This document shows positions 20,521-34,265 of a stretch of 64,000 nucleotides of DNA, piece after piece (the first letter of the stretch is position 1; the number at the start of each line of letters is the position of its first letter). A program made the translations under genes and the position numbers. Origin of the DNA: the human T2T-CHM13v2.0 reference genome, Homo sapiens; the NCBI RefSeq assembly GCF_009914755.1, contig NC_060932.1. One strand, written 5' to 3'. The notes under the pieces are model-generated. The model ran no database searches, was not told the DNA's origin, and saw only the letters and a program-made list of their open reading frames with translations.

Positions 20521-23500
20521 GTCTTTGAATCAATGAAGTTCAGAAACATTTCCATATAACTGGGCAGGCTGGATGTTAGCTGGGGAGAGAGCCTGGCTCC
20601 CAACCTCGGCTCCCTCCCCTGTAAGGCCCTTTTTCCCCACTCTGCACACCGTACACACTCAGGCTGTAAGCCTGGCTTCTGAGCTCACTTCTATGCCAGC
20701 ACAACAACCCTACTTTCAAGGGAGAGGAGATAAACATTTCCTGAGTACCAGAGGCTTTCGTACTCCCTCTCACATTTGATCTGGACAAGCTGGGTTGCTG
20801 CTAGCCCTTAAGGCACCTCTGTGAGAACTGGACAAACGCACCCTTCCTTAAGACACTAGCACCCCCTGTCAGAAAATGGTCATAACATATTGAGTTTGTT
20901 GGAATAATACGCTTTGCAGCCATTTGTAGAAAACTCATAATAAACATACAAATTCACTATGTGAAATGAGCCCCCTTAGAAGTGGCTCCCTTGGGGGCAT
21001 GGAGGATACAAAAACAAAAGAAGAAGTGGCTCCTTTGTGCAGTGTGTAACCTGCACAGCTGTACACAGTAGCTCTGCTAATGTGTCAGACACAAAGATAT
21101 GATTATCCCACGTTACAGATGAGAAAGCTATAACTTGCCTAAGAATCAAATACAGGCCTGTATGGTTCCACAGCTACTTGATGAATCACAAGGAGCTTAA
21201 AAATTAGGTAGGAAAGCAGGTTGTATGTGTGCGCATCTACATATGAACATACTAACCACAGGCCACAGAAGCACGTGTGGAGAAGGCAGAGATCCCTGTG
21301 GCTGGAGCACCTGGAAGAGGTTTGTCAGAAAAGGGGAAGTTGAACTGCTCCAGGAGGTGGCCAGACAGCTGGAGGAAGGAAAGGAGAAGGGAGTGGAAGC
21401 CACACAGCCAGTGGGGGCAGAACCAAGAGCCTTGCCTGTTGGAAGAGCCTTGAGTGTGGAAAGAGGACAGGTTAAAGGCAGGGCAGGCACACTGAGAGCT
21501 GTGGCGGCTCCACCAAGAGCCCCCCGCCACAGACCGGTACCTGGACAGGAAATGGATGCAAGAAGCTCCTGCCCCGCAAGCAGGAGGCCCATCCTGGAGG
21601 TCTGGAGACAGGGGGTGGGGCACTTAGAAAGCCTGCTCTGTCTGATGGGGTAGCTGCCTCCCAGGTCTAGTCAATGGAGGCCCAAATATTGAATTTGTAG
21701 TTGGAATCCCCTGATTTTTAAGCACTGGCCATCAAATAAGATTTTTCTGGGAAAGAAAAAAAAGAAAAGAAAAAAACCTCTGCAGCCCCTGCAGACCAAA
21801 CTAAGCAAATCTGCAGGTTAGGTCTGGCCTACGGGTTGCCAATTTGCAACTTCTGATAAAAAGCTTTCCACTTGGGTGACTAGGGGAAAGCTGTTAACTT
21901 ACAGGGGAAAAGCCAAGGAAACTGGTCTGAAAAAAACAGAGACACACAGACCACGAGAAAGAGAGAGTACAGGGACATTGAAAGGGACAGAGGAGACGAC
22001 CCAGCACCTTCTGCCCATCCACCCAGCTCCCTAACACCCCATACCAGTGCCTGGCTTGGGTAAGTGGATGACAATTAGTGTGATTTTTCCAGTTTGGAGA
22101 TTTTCTCTGAGTTTTTCACATCTTACACAACAGGAATTACATGTGTAATCCAAGAAAAATTAAATTTAAAAAAACACTTACATGGGTGTTAGAAATAAAG
22201 CGATAGCAAGTGACAAAATAATAAGATCTCCATCTTACAGGAGGAAGACTTACTGATCCCCAGACAGCTTGGGCCTCAGACACGTCAACTTGTCTTGGTC
22301 AGGACCAAACACTCATTCAAGACCGAGATCAAGGCCAGGGCTGCCCACACCATAGGGACACGCCAGCTCTAGACACAGCTGCTGGGTTCCTGGTATTTCT
22401 CCTTGACGTTGATTAGATGTTTGACTGGACAGGGTAGGGATATGTCTTACACTTCTCCCTTCCTTTATGTAATAAAGGTATGTTTGATTGATAAAATGAC
22501 CCAAAAAATAAAAGAAGACAGGAAACTAGTTTAACCAGTAGCAAGATAGATTTAGATTACGTGGGGAAAAGGCATTCTTGGCACAAAAGTTTCATTCATT
22601 GCAACGAGAAACTTGGTAAGTGTGGCAGGTGTGGGCAGCCTAACCTCAAAGTGCCAGATTCCAGAACTGCAAATGTGGGGGCTGGGTGCGAGGAGTGCCC
22701 AGGTGAGCAGACAGCCCACCAGGATTAGAGGAGGCCAGCCAGGAAAAGGCACAGGAGCTCCCAGAGCTGGTGTTCTAGGAGTTTCCACGTGTCAGCCATG
22801 GGAAGGAGAGGAAGACATCAAGACTTCATGGCACAAAGTGGCACCCCCACCCTCCCCTGCCCCAGCCACTAGCTGCAAGGAGGTGTTTACGCTGCCTCCT
22901 GTTGGTCACACAGACGTTCCTATTAGTGACCACACTGGACCCTCCCTGCTGTCCTGTGAAACAGCCCAGTACATGGTGTCATCCCCATCACCACCACCAC
23001 CGTCACCATCCCCTTTTTACAGAGGAGAAACCTGGGGCTCAGGTTAGTGAGCTGCCAAAGAGCCCCCAGTCAGATAAATTAAAAAGCCAGAACTTAACCA
23101 AGACCCACCAAGTCGACCACCACATCTGCCCACCCACCTGGTACCTAGCCCTGCTACAGGAAATCGCTTGTTATTTCCTGTAATGCTCACAGTGAGCAAT
23201 ACTGTGAGGAATGCAAGTCTTGGTCTCCCCAGCCCACAGCCAGCGTCATGGTTAGAGGGACATTTCAAATGATTAATTACAACTAAGAAAAGTAGCTACG
23301 TGGAGAAGGGGACTCTGCTGTGTTTGTTATAATTTACTACAGCAATTCATTTCGGGGAGCAACAGCTGGAAAATAACAGTATGCCAGATATAAGTGATAC
23401 CAACCCACCCCAAACCACATACTTAATGAGCATGCCCACTGCACAGGTTGGCAGCAGGTCCAGAACCAGGGAACAGCAGACCACCAGGTAAGAGGCAGAC

Positions 23501-26099
23501 AGTCTTTTAGCAAAACAACACCGGGAGTTACTGTCAGGCAGAAAGCACAGACCTTCATCAACGGGAGGGCGACATATACGTGCTAACATCACCCTCCAGT
23601 GGCCCACCAGGGCACTACATCTGACTAGGCCATAATTTTAAAAAACATGGCTAGTATTTACTGATTGCCTAACTCTTGGCTGGTGCCTTCCCCGTCACCC
23701 CACTTAACCTTCACATTAACCCAGTAAGTGAGGGGCTGCTGTTCCCATCTTAAGACGAGTTAAGTGGGCCAGGTAGGGGATTACAAGGTGATACAGCAGG
23801 TGGGCACACAGCAGGGCTACAACCCAAACACACATCCTTGGCCCAGGACCAGACCCCGCCGCCCTTCCTAGGTGGAGTCACTGCTGCTGCTGGTCCCCAG
23901 AGGGGGTGCAGCTGCCCTGACAGCTCAGGTGCCCTGGCCAGCCCCAGCAGGTAACTCAGACCAACTCTGACCACAGATTGGCCGCCACCTGGCCAATTCT
24001 CAACCTGAGTAAGTTATTTTCAACTCTTATGGGGCTTTCCCGTGTATGCCCACATTTCTATGTGACAGAAATGACACGGAGAGGAATAAGCCTAACCCAG
24101 GGTCCAGGTGGCATGCTTCCACTGACATGGCTACAAGGAAGGCACAACCACCCTGCCCTGAGTCCTGGTTATCCTGGGTTGGGGGCTGGGACCAGAGACT
24201 TCTGGGGTGCAGGGGAGTTCTGCTTCCAGATGTGATACTGGTTACTCACTGGTTATGCAGTGAGTTCAGTTTGCGAACATTCACTAAGCTGTTTATCCTA
24301 TGCATATTTCTCTACATGTATGTTACACGTTAATCTAAGAAAATGTGAACAGCAAATTTTAAAGGAAAAGATATAGGGAAAAAAAACGATATTCTGATTC
24401 ACAAGTGAACCTCTCATTTAAAACAACATAGATCGGAACACTATTTTGGCCCTCGTAGCTGTGTGACCCTGCGCACACACACTTGGCCTCTCTGAGCTTC
24501 AGTTTCCTTCTGCACAGGGCTGCAGAGAGGACGGCAGGACATCACGAAGACGATGTGCCTAGCTTAGTGCCTGGCCCCTCAGAGGCACCATTCTACATGA
24601 AGCATCATGAGGGGTACCCACCTTGTCAGAAGCCCAGGCCTCCCAGCTCCTAAGTGGCTCTCACACTTCCAATGGATGGATTCTGCATACGTCTCTGAAT
24701 TTCTTTATCCCTCATTGTCTCTTCTGAAAGAAGAGCAGCCCAAATTAATAGTGGCCTTGGAGTGTTTGAAAGTGGAACCTAGTCTTCAAGCCCTATGCAG
24801 AGGCTAACGTGCAGAGAGACAGAGACAGCATCTTCAACCAAAGCAAGGGTGTGGGGCAGACCCACCAGCACCCACCTCCCCTCCACCCTGCAGGGACACA
24901 ATATGAACCAACCCTCCTGCCTCCTGCTGCTCCCCTGCCCATAAATCATCTCCAAGGTGCCTCCCTTCCAGCTCTGATGCTCAGTGGGCTGAAGCTCCAA
25001 TAAATGCACACCACTAATTTGTGAAATGATTATCATGCATCTCATAAAATGCTGATGAACATGCCAACTCCCATAGCTCACACAGTTAACGTGTTTATTA
25101 AAGGCAAGAGAGAAATCCCGTGGGTGTTTCTTTGCTGAAGCTGGATTAACAAAATAAAATGAGAAATACTCAGCATCAGCTATAATTAGGGCTGGGCCAA
25201 CAGTTGCATTATAATTTTATGCATACACATCTCTTCCATGTTGAAACTTGGCATAAATTCTTTTAAGTTATTTTTAAGCACTCTCAAAATGAGAGCCCCT
25301 GGGCAATGGAATACATTCACATTTAACACAATAATCATAGCTTTAAAATGTGGCCCTCAGGAAAGCACCACAAATCATTTTACATAAACAGGAACAGCCC
25401 CCCACCCCGAGAGCAGATGTGTGGGAAGCGCTGAGGGTACAGGAACACCCCCTGTCCCGCTGCAGACCCTGGACACGACAGCTCCCCATTTGCAAACTGA
25501 CGAGGTGGCCCTGAAGAGCCGCCTACCCACAGCTCTCAAGTGATGCCTCTAAGTAACCAAGTCTCTGTGGTCATTTCCACATCAAAAGTAAAAGGAGCAA
25601 AATCCTCTCCCATTTTCTAGCGTACTGGGGAGAAATAGCAATGCCCATCACCACCGCACATCCGGGTTGACAGCTGTTGGTCTGCGTTGCTTTAGTGTAT
25701 TTCTGTTCCTCCGTGGGGCAGGCCTGCCTCTCGTCTTGTTTCTGAAGTAAAGGGCTGCCTGAAAGCCAGCCTCAGCGCTGAGCTCGGCTCAGAAGCCCTG
25801 GTTCAAACCCCATGGCATCAGCCACTTCAGTGTGACTGGAGCCACCTTTCCCTTCCTGAATCTGTAGGGACTCAGCTCAAAAATGGAGATAACCACAGCT
25901 GCCCTGGTAAGATTGATGGGCGGTGGGGGGGATCTTGTGGTGGGGGTGTTATGTAGGGGAATACTGGGAAAAAAGGGCTTTGTAGACTGCTAAAGATGGT
26001 GTCGATGCTGAAGAGAACAGAGAATTTTTTAAATCCAGAAACGTTCAGCCAGACAGCTAAAGCTACCTACTGGGTCCCTAGTTGCTTCTGCTGTCCTTT

Positions 26100-26223
26100 A
26101 ACACACATCTATACAAATACACATACACACACATAAAACATACACATGCGCACACATGCACCCGCAAAACGTGTGTACATACACAAATGCACATACAGCA
26201 CACATGCGCACACAAACATACAC
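26100..26223. repeat. Degenerate (CA)n/(CATA)n low-complexity tract
   Basis: acacacatctatacaaatacacatacacacacata...cacaaacatacac. Confidence 0.8.
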
Positions 26224-26955
26224 TTTCTTCAGGGAAACCAAAGACACAGGCAATTCAGAAGCTTTTTGAGAGACAATATAAACAACACAGCAACAATAAT
26301 GACAGAAAGTGGAAATCAGGGATCCAAATCCCAAGAACTGAGAAAAGAAAGAGCCACGAGAAAGGGGAGAAGGAAGGTGGAGGAAACAAAAGGAAGAAAA
26401 GGAGCCAGGACTTGGGTTTCCAGAGTTTGAGCCACAGCAGGTGCTTGGAGGAGCTGTCAGGAGCCCTGGGAGGGAGCAGGGAATTGTCACCCAGTTCCAG
26501 CTCTGGAAAGACAACACTCGTTCAGGGTCCCACACATGCCACCTTCGACTTCCACCCTCTCCCTCAGGGGCCTCAAATTCTACCCGCATTTTCTATCCCA
26601 TCGCATCCTCAACCCATCAAGAGAAGGAAGAGACCAAATAAGAGCTTGCTGCAGCCTCAGGGAACCGAGAGCTGCAGGAGGTGGGATTCAACCCATTTGT
26701 TCATGAGACGTGTCCAGCCATGGTTTCCCCACTCTGCTTCCTGGGGTTTTCAAAATGCAGGAGTTTATTCCAGTGAAGCACCAAGCACAGTGCCTGGCAC
26801 ACAGCAGATGAAGGTGCTGCCTGCCCTTTTCCCTGTTTCTGCAGTTTACTAACATCACACTGAGGTAGAAGGCAGGCAGGATTCAACTCCAGACCTGACT
26901 GAAGACTGGCCAGAACTGGGAAGAGGGGCCTAAAGCACCCCTCACTGCCCATCAC

Positions 26956-27278
26956 CATAATACACGCCCACCAGAGCGTAACAGTTTACCACTGCAATGG
27001 CAACACCCAAAAGTTACTGCCTTGCCATGGCAATGCCGGAAGTTACCACCCACTTTCTAGCTATTTCTGAATAATCTGCCCCTTAATTAGCACGTCATTG
27101 AAAGTGGGTATAAATTTGGCCGCAAAGCACTGCTACTCTTGGCGCTCTGCCTACGGGGTAGCCCTGCTCCACAGGAGCGGTAACACTGTCACTGCCTCAA
27201 TAAAGCTGTTTTCTACTACCACCGGCAGCTCACTCTTGAATTCCCTCCTGAGCGAAGCCAAGAACCTGCCCTGCATCA
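26956..27278 (+). mobile_element. ERV1-class LTR 3' portion (MER50/MER41-related)
   Basis: acagtttacc...gccatggcaa...ggaagttacc; TATAAA 27109; ctctgcctacggggtagccctgctc; AATAAA 27199; terminal ...gccctgcatca. Confidence 0.75.
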
Positions 27279-27692
27279 ACACCATGGTGGGTGAGAATTC
27301 CTGCCAGACAAAACCCAAGTCCTTAGAAATGCTGACTCTACCCAGCCTCCTTCCCCTAATTCAGGGATGTTTTAATTCAACAAAGATGTGATTCGCATAC
27401 TACGATAGAGAGCAGAGGGAGCCATGAAAGAGAAAAACAAGTAGCATTTCCAGCAGTCAAGGTATTCAATCTACCAGGTGAAACAGGCTTGAAAACAATA
27501 TAGAAGGCCGAATTCAGTCAACAGCTACTTTTTTCTTAAAAGGTACTAGGCACTATTCCTGGAGATGGCCCCCACCAGGGACGCCTCCTAGACTGGAGGA
27601 CACGGACAGATGCGTGACTCTGCACAAGGACACACACTCCAGCCCAGGCCTGTGAAAGCACGGGGCAAGAGGCTGGATGCTTTGTCCAGGCC

Positions 27693-27941
27693 ACTGCTGT
27701 CCAACAGATACACAGCATGGCCACTGATGTCATTTAAAATTTTCCAGTAGCCATATTAAAATAAAATAATCAAGAAAAAATAATTTTAATGATGTTTTCT
27801 TTAACCCAGTATATCCAAAATAGAATCATTTCACTTACAATCTATTTTCAAAGATCAATGAGAAATTTTAAATTTTGTGTACTAAGTCTTCAACAGCCAG
27901 TGTGTTATTTTTCACCTACAGCACATCAAAGTTTGGACTAG
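27693..27941. mobile_element. hAT-Charlie MITE (MER33/MER3-like)
   Basis: gctgtccaacaga...ccagtagccatattaaaa...taacccagtatatccaaaat...tttggactag. Confidence 0.6.
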
Positions 27942-29779
27942 GCATGAACCCAGTATTCACATTATTTCCAGAATACCAGGCAACTTTTCCCTGCAGACGA
28001 GAGAAATGTAATACACAGGTTCTACTCCCTGACCTCCAGCGGGGTAGGAGAAGGCTTCCACCACCCCCAAACTCTTTGAGATTCAAGAGTTAGGAAAATC
28101 GAGACAAAGAATTAGCAGACTTAGAACCTGCAGACCAAGTCCCTGTCCGCACTGTTACAGGAGAGGCAGATGACGGACGAATATTTTCATTTATTATTGT
28201 CACAGGTTTAAAAGCTGACTGTGTGCTCAGGGATCCTGAGGTCTTGATCAAGGAGATAAAATAACAGGCTGGGCAGGAACTGGAGGCAGATGTGGAAAAC
28301 ATACAACTTCAATTCCAAATGTCCGCTTTATGAAAGTCTGAGATTGGCCTCAGTTATATTGGGCTCAGTTATATAAAATGTTCTGATTTTCAAATTAAAT
28401 CCTGAAGAATGAACTTCCCCCTAGTATTTACATGTGTCTAGGGTCTTTCCAAATTCCAGAGTAGAGCTTTAAATTTAAGGAAGGAGAGACACTGGGAAAA
28501 GAAGAATTCTCCAAACCATCCCCTCAACCCATCCCCAGCCTACCAAAATGATCTGGCCCATTTTTCCTGGTAACCAAAATACAAAATAAATATTTAATGT
28601 ATTCTCCAAATATCTGGGCTGTTCAGTTTTTATTAGGAGAAAAAAGCAGAATTCTTTGAATTTATGTGCATTGGCCTCATAATTCAACACTAAATGAATG
28701 CCTGACATCTGTCACTCACCATGCTAGGTGCAATCAGAAATGAGGAAGACACAGACTCTCCCCACCAGGAACATAAATAAGCAATTCCATTTTGTTCATG
28801 AGAATAATTTTACATGACTGTGGTGTTATTTATAATCTAGTTTTGTAGACTCTTGCTGTTGGAAAGGACAGAGTGTCCAAGTCCAGCTTCCCAGCCTGTA
28901 TCCAAACAAGGTCAGAAAGTCCTACCTGGCCCTCCCCTCGATGCAGAGGCATCACTGTGGTCAGCTGCCACCTGTGTTTACATCACTGGGAGCCACAGAA
29001 AGGCTGCCCCCCTTTTCCCTCACCATGCTAGGCTAGTACAGCCTCAGGGTGACCCTGGCAAGGCCAGTCCCTCCCATAGCCAAGTGCTGTAAGCATCTGA
29101 ACAAGCTATCCAGTGGCCCTGGGTCTTCTCTCCTGCAGGCCTGGCATCCTGGCCCTTCAGCCCCATGCTCAGGCGGGGCCTGCACTGTGGTGGTGGCCAG
29201 GAGGCCAGTCTCCGCTGCAGCGGGCGCCTCCACGGACACAGTGTCTCCCAAGCCACCTGTAGCAGGTCCATTCACACACATGTCCCCTAGGGGGCGATAA
29301 AAGACAAACGAGAACTCTGGCCACAGGGCAGCTTGTTCTGGCCTGCAGGCTTGCAATTTTGCAAGGTGAGGAGGACGGGTAAGCAAGCACCTGCTTGCTG
29401 GTTTTCAGACTTTATTAATTCAGGAACTTCATTCTTCAAGTCTCAGCTCCATCCTAGCTTTCTCAGAGAGACTTTTCGTAAATCCCCTTCAATATTAATG
29501 AGGTCTCTGGTACTCCCTCCTGCTTATTTGCCTTGTAATATGACCACGATTTGTAATCATGTATTTAATGCTGTGCTTATTGGTTTAACCTGTCTCCCTC
29601 AATAGATTGTAAGCTCCAAAATCATCAATATCATTTAATTCAAAATATAGTAAAGTGCTTTAAAAGATCCATGTTAAAGCTATAAAAGATATTTACCTGC
29701 ATTTCCTTTATCATGAAGACCAGAACATTTCCAGAGTGTTCACTTAAGAAACCCTGAGAATAATCTGAACTAACTGAAC

Positions 29780-29971
29780 CCTCCTGGGTTCAAGCAATTC
29801 TCCTGCCTCAGCCTCCCAAGTAGCTGGGATTACAGGCATGCACCACCACACCTGGCTAATTTTGTATTTTAGTAGAGACAGGGTTTCTCCATGTTGGTCA
29901 GGCTGGTCTCGAACTCCCACCTCAGCCTCCCAAAGTGCTGAGATTACAGACGTAAGCCACCGTGCCCGGCC
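29780..29971 (-). mobile_element. Partial Alu
   Basis: cctcctgggttcaagcaattctcc...ccaccgtgcccggcc. Confidence 0.9.
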
Positions 29972-30469
29972 TGAACTAAGTCATTCTTAACGCTCATTTT
30001 CTAGAAAAGGAAGATGGTGTGCCAAGGAAGAAAGATCAGGCTCAGGGTGGGAAAGCCCCCAGTCCAATCCCCAGCAGAGGAGAAAACACAACTTCTCTGA
30101 CTCTCTGACTCTTCATCTATAAAATGGGAATAAATGCAAATCAGAATGGTGATTTGAAGGAAGAGAAACCAGAACCAAGACAAAGCACTGGAAGAAAGAC
30201 TCTCGCTGAAGGGTTTCAGAATCCAGGTGTCAGCAGGTGCGCCCCAGCCCTACCTCAATGGGGCAAGTCCCTTCAGGGCCATGGCCGCCCAGGACTTCTA
30301 CTCCTTCCTGGAAACTTACACCCTCAGGCCTCTGCCATTCTCTGTTCATGCCCCACAAACAAAAAGAAGCGAAACTCAGTCCTTTCACTGAAATACGCTC
30401 ACCTCCAAAATTCACCTAGTCAAAGGATGAAAGTAAATACAATAAACAAGTATGGGAGGAAATCTTAAA

Positions 30470-32365
30470 ACAAAATACAAACAAACAAATGAACAAAACC
30501 ATACTTTAAATGAATAACCATAATTGCACTGAAATAGGAGACGATCAACCCAAGTAACTTTGGAAGCTGCTGTTTACACCAGATGCCTCGGGCTAAAGAG
30601 AAGAAGAGCTCTAATTAAATACTGAACTCTAGGTAGCAGGCTTCTTTTTCACAAAGACATGGTTTCCTGATTCTGAAACTATTTTTAGTATAGTCCAGGA
30701 CTGAGCAAATAAGTAACTATATTATGGATAGTGAGATCCAGATTTTTCTTTGTCAGAGAAGGGAGTTATCAATATGGAAAGGAGAGAGGATAGAATACAC
30801 TGTGCTGTTGAATTGCAACTGGAAAAATCCATGTGAACTCAATGATTTTTAAGAGGGAAATACAGATTGTGTAGGTGTGTCTTGAATTTAGATACATGTA
30901 TGTCTCGTATATGTACATACATACTTCTGTTTCCTAGCTGTGTTTCTGAGAGGGTGGAGAGGCAATGACACCCAGCTCACCTAGTTCCCAGATCTCCGTT
31001 TCTAAATGCCACTCTCCACTAAAAGAAACCAGGTCTCCTTGTAGAAATAGTTGATTCCAGAGCTGGAACAGGGAAAGCAGAAAATGAGCCCAGAATCTCT
31101 TGTACCAGAAGTAAGGAAGTCCTCACAAAAGCGGGGGCACGCTGAAGGAATACAAAGGCCCACTTTAACACAACTGGCCAAATATGGGGCAATCTGAGCA
31201 CCAAATTAAACAATGAGAAAAGATTACAGACCACTGACTAAAATAAGCATTCCTGAGTCTACACAAATATAAATAAAGGAAAAGAGAACGTTCTTCCTTA
31301 CACAGACAACTAGTAAAACAAAATAGTAACAATGTGAGGTGCGGCTATGTGAATTAGCTGACTGTAATAATCATTTCACAATGCATGCCTGTATCAAAGC
31401 ATCACATTGTATACCTTACTTACATACAATTTTTGTTAATTATACCTCAATAAAACGGGGCGCGGGGGGTGGGAGAAGACAACTAGTAAATGCGGAAGAA
31501 ATGACGGAATTAGACACCCATCACGTAGCAGCCATCCTGATGCTAACCAAGTCTGGCAAGAATCATCAATGGGTGCTGAAACTACTGAATGAAGAAAGTC
31601 CTTGGAGTGAGGAGTAGCAGGATAAACACACTGTCTCAAATAGCTCACCACAAGGCATTTCATTACAAAGGGGAAATACAGTAACTTTACAGTGAAGAAA
31701 CCTGACCTTCTCAAATATGTAGCATCACCAGCAATGGGACAAATCATGATCACGTGTCTCCTGCTATGGTGTGCTGAGAACGCAGCATTATTTCTGCGCA
31801 ATTCCTGCCCGGAAATGCAGAATTTAAATCCACTCACGAGGAAGCATTACACACAGCCAAAGGGAGGTAGAGTCTACAAAATAACTGGCCCATACTCCAC
31901 AAAAATATCAATGTCCTGGAACACAAGGCCAGAGGCAGCGCTCCACATTCAGAGTGAAGAGACATGACGCTGGAACGCGGGGGGCAGCTGAGGTGTCCTT
32001 CCGCCATAAAAAAGACGCTGGAATGAGGCACGTGGCTGAGGTGTCCTTCCGCCATAAAGGGTGTCGCTGGGACAATCAGTGACATCTCAAGAGGAGCGCT
32101 ACACTGATGCTGTTTCTCACTTTGATAACTGAAATGTGGTTATGTGGGAGAATGTCCTTGTGTTTAGGAAATAAACACCGAAGATACTTAGGAATAGGCA
32201 AAGGGGCATCAGCTCTGCAACTTTATCCCAAATGGCTGAGACAGAGGACAAAGCAATGTAGTAAAATACTAACACTCAGGAGACTGAGTGAAGGGCATAT
32301 GAAAAGTTTTTGTACTACTCTCTCCATTTTTCTGTAAGTATAAATTATGTCATAATAACAGGTTA
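30470..32365 (+). mobile_element. Old L1 3' region (L1MC-like)
   Basis: aaatgccactctccactaaaagaaaccagg, acaaaggggaaatacagtaactttacagtgaagaaacctg, aaataactggccc, ...ttttctgtaag ending. Confidence 0.7.
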
Positions 32366-33199
32366 AATGAGAACAAACCCTACATCCAACATGCCTTCGG
32401 TATTTGAGCATCTCAAGGAGAGGTCAACACACAACAGGCTCCATTTAGCCATCCTCCTAGTTCATTTGCCTCTCCTCCCCATCGCTGGATCTTCCCTGCC
32501 TCTCTAAAGGCTCCAGAAGCTCCAGATCCATGGTCTTTTACTTGCAGAAACTTCAGCTCTCGTGTGTTCCTGTGCCCCCTCCCCATTGGAATCCTCAAAT
32601 CAAGTTGGCTCAAAGAATAAAAGGTGTCCATGTAACCAAAGCCTTTCTCCCTAGAAGACATTCGGAGTATTAAATAGAAAAAGCAATCAAATCCATTACC
32701 GTAGTTATCACTATAACTACAACTCCCTAAATGTTGCCTCATTATATATCTAAGGTCTTCATTTTTTAAAGTTGGAAAATTAGTTCTCAAAAGACATCTC
32801 CACATTGGAAAAAAAACACGAAAATGAAGTCACCTGGGAAAGGGAGGATTCTCATGCCCACAGCAGGATGGTCGCACCGCAAACTGATGGGCCTCAGGGC
32901 TTCAGGGGAGGGAGCCAGGCAGGGAGAACCCAGAAGAAGGCAGCGGCCAGAGGAGGACGAACTAACCATGGCCCAGGCTGCAGTGGAGGAGCTCACTCCA
33001 GACCCAGGGCAAGGGGGTTGCGTCCACATCCTCCCCGGGAGGCACCCCGGCCAGGAAGGCCCTCGCAGACGCTCTGAGAAGTGAGAAGCCTCGGCTCTGC
33101 TCCCAGTAGGGCCCCTGGCCATGCTCTTGAGCAAATCCCACACCCCTTGCTCTCTCCATCTTTGTCTCTGAAAGGCAAGAGCCACTCCCCGGCTGCCAG

Positions 33200-34120
33200 G
33201 CCCAGGCCCTCCGTCCGTAACTAAGGATGCGCCGCCCCCAGGCCCGGCCATCTCCAACCAAGGAGGCGACACCCTCCAGGCCCGGCCATCTTAACCAAGA
33301 TGGCGCCAGCCCCCAGGCCTGGGCCATCTCTAACAAAGGCGGCACCGCCCCCACCCCCAGGCCCTGCCTGCATCTCTAACCAAGGAAGCACCACCACCCC
33401 CAGGCCCTGCCTGCATCTCTAACCAGGAAGGCGCTGCCCTCAGGCCCTGCCCGCATCTCTAACCAAGGTGGCGCCACTCCCCAAGCCTGGGTCATCTCTA
33501 ACAAAGGTGGCACCGCCCCCCCAGGCCCAGGCAGCATCTCTAACCAAGGAGGCGCTGCCCCCAGGCCTTGCCCGCATCTCTAACCAAGGTGGCACCACCC
33601 CCTAGGCCTCGGCCATCTCTAACAAAGGCAGCACCGCCCCCCAGGCCCTGCCTGCGTCTCTAATCAAGGAGGCGCCACCCCCAGGCCCTGCCTGCCTCTC
33701 TAAACAAGGAGGTACCACCACCCCCAGGCCCAGGCGGCATCTCTAACCAAGGAGGCGCTGCCCCCAGGCCCTACCCGCATCTCTAACCAAGGAGGAGCCC
33801 ATCCGCAGGCCCAAGTCCCATCTCTAACGAATAAGGTGCCACCCTCTAGACACCCAGGTCTTTAACCAAGGAGGCACCATCCCCAGGCCCTGCCTGCGTC
33901 TCTAACTAAGGAGGAGCTGCCCCCAAGCCCTGCCCGCATTTCTAACCAAACAGGCACCACCCTAAGGCCCTGGCCCCATCTCTAACCAAGGAGGTGCCAC
34001 CCCCAGGCCCTGGCCCCATCTCTAACCAAGGAGGTGCCACCGCCAGGCGCGGGCCATCTCTAAGCAAGGAGGCTCCCCAGACCCAGGCCGCATCTCTAGC
34101 CAACCAAGGCAGCCCCTGAG
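33200..34120. repeat. C-rich minisatellite (VNTR), ~22-23 units of ~40 bp
   Basis: Consensus approx. catctctaaccaaggaggcgccacccccaggccctgcctg; catctctaa anchors recur every 37-46 bp from 33249 to 34091. Confidence 0.95.
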
Positions 34121-34265
34121 TCCCAGGCCACCCTGCAAAGCAGTACAGCGTTCCTGCCAGGAGTTGTTATAGGCGACCAGGAGTGGAGAACAGCCGAGAC
34201 ACCTCCGAAACCACCCAGGAATCAACAGGAAAGTTCAGAGTGGAAACTCGCATCGGGAGAATTAC

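Noticed and set aside
26082-26852. 256-aa plus-strand ORF
   Set aside because: Non-ATG start; driven by CA-rich and purine-rich low-complexity DNA; no recognisable domain.
33200-34120. CRISPR-like array or CTCF array
   Set aside because: Inter-anchor segments are homologous variants, not unique spacers, in a eukaryotic context with no cas genes. Only the 3' half (aggtggcgc) of the CTCF motif matches.
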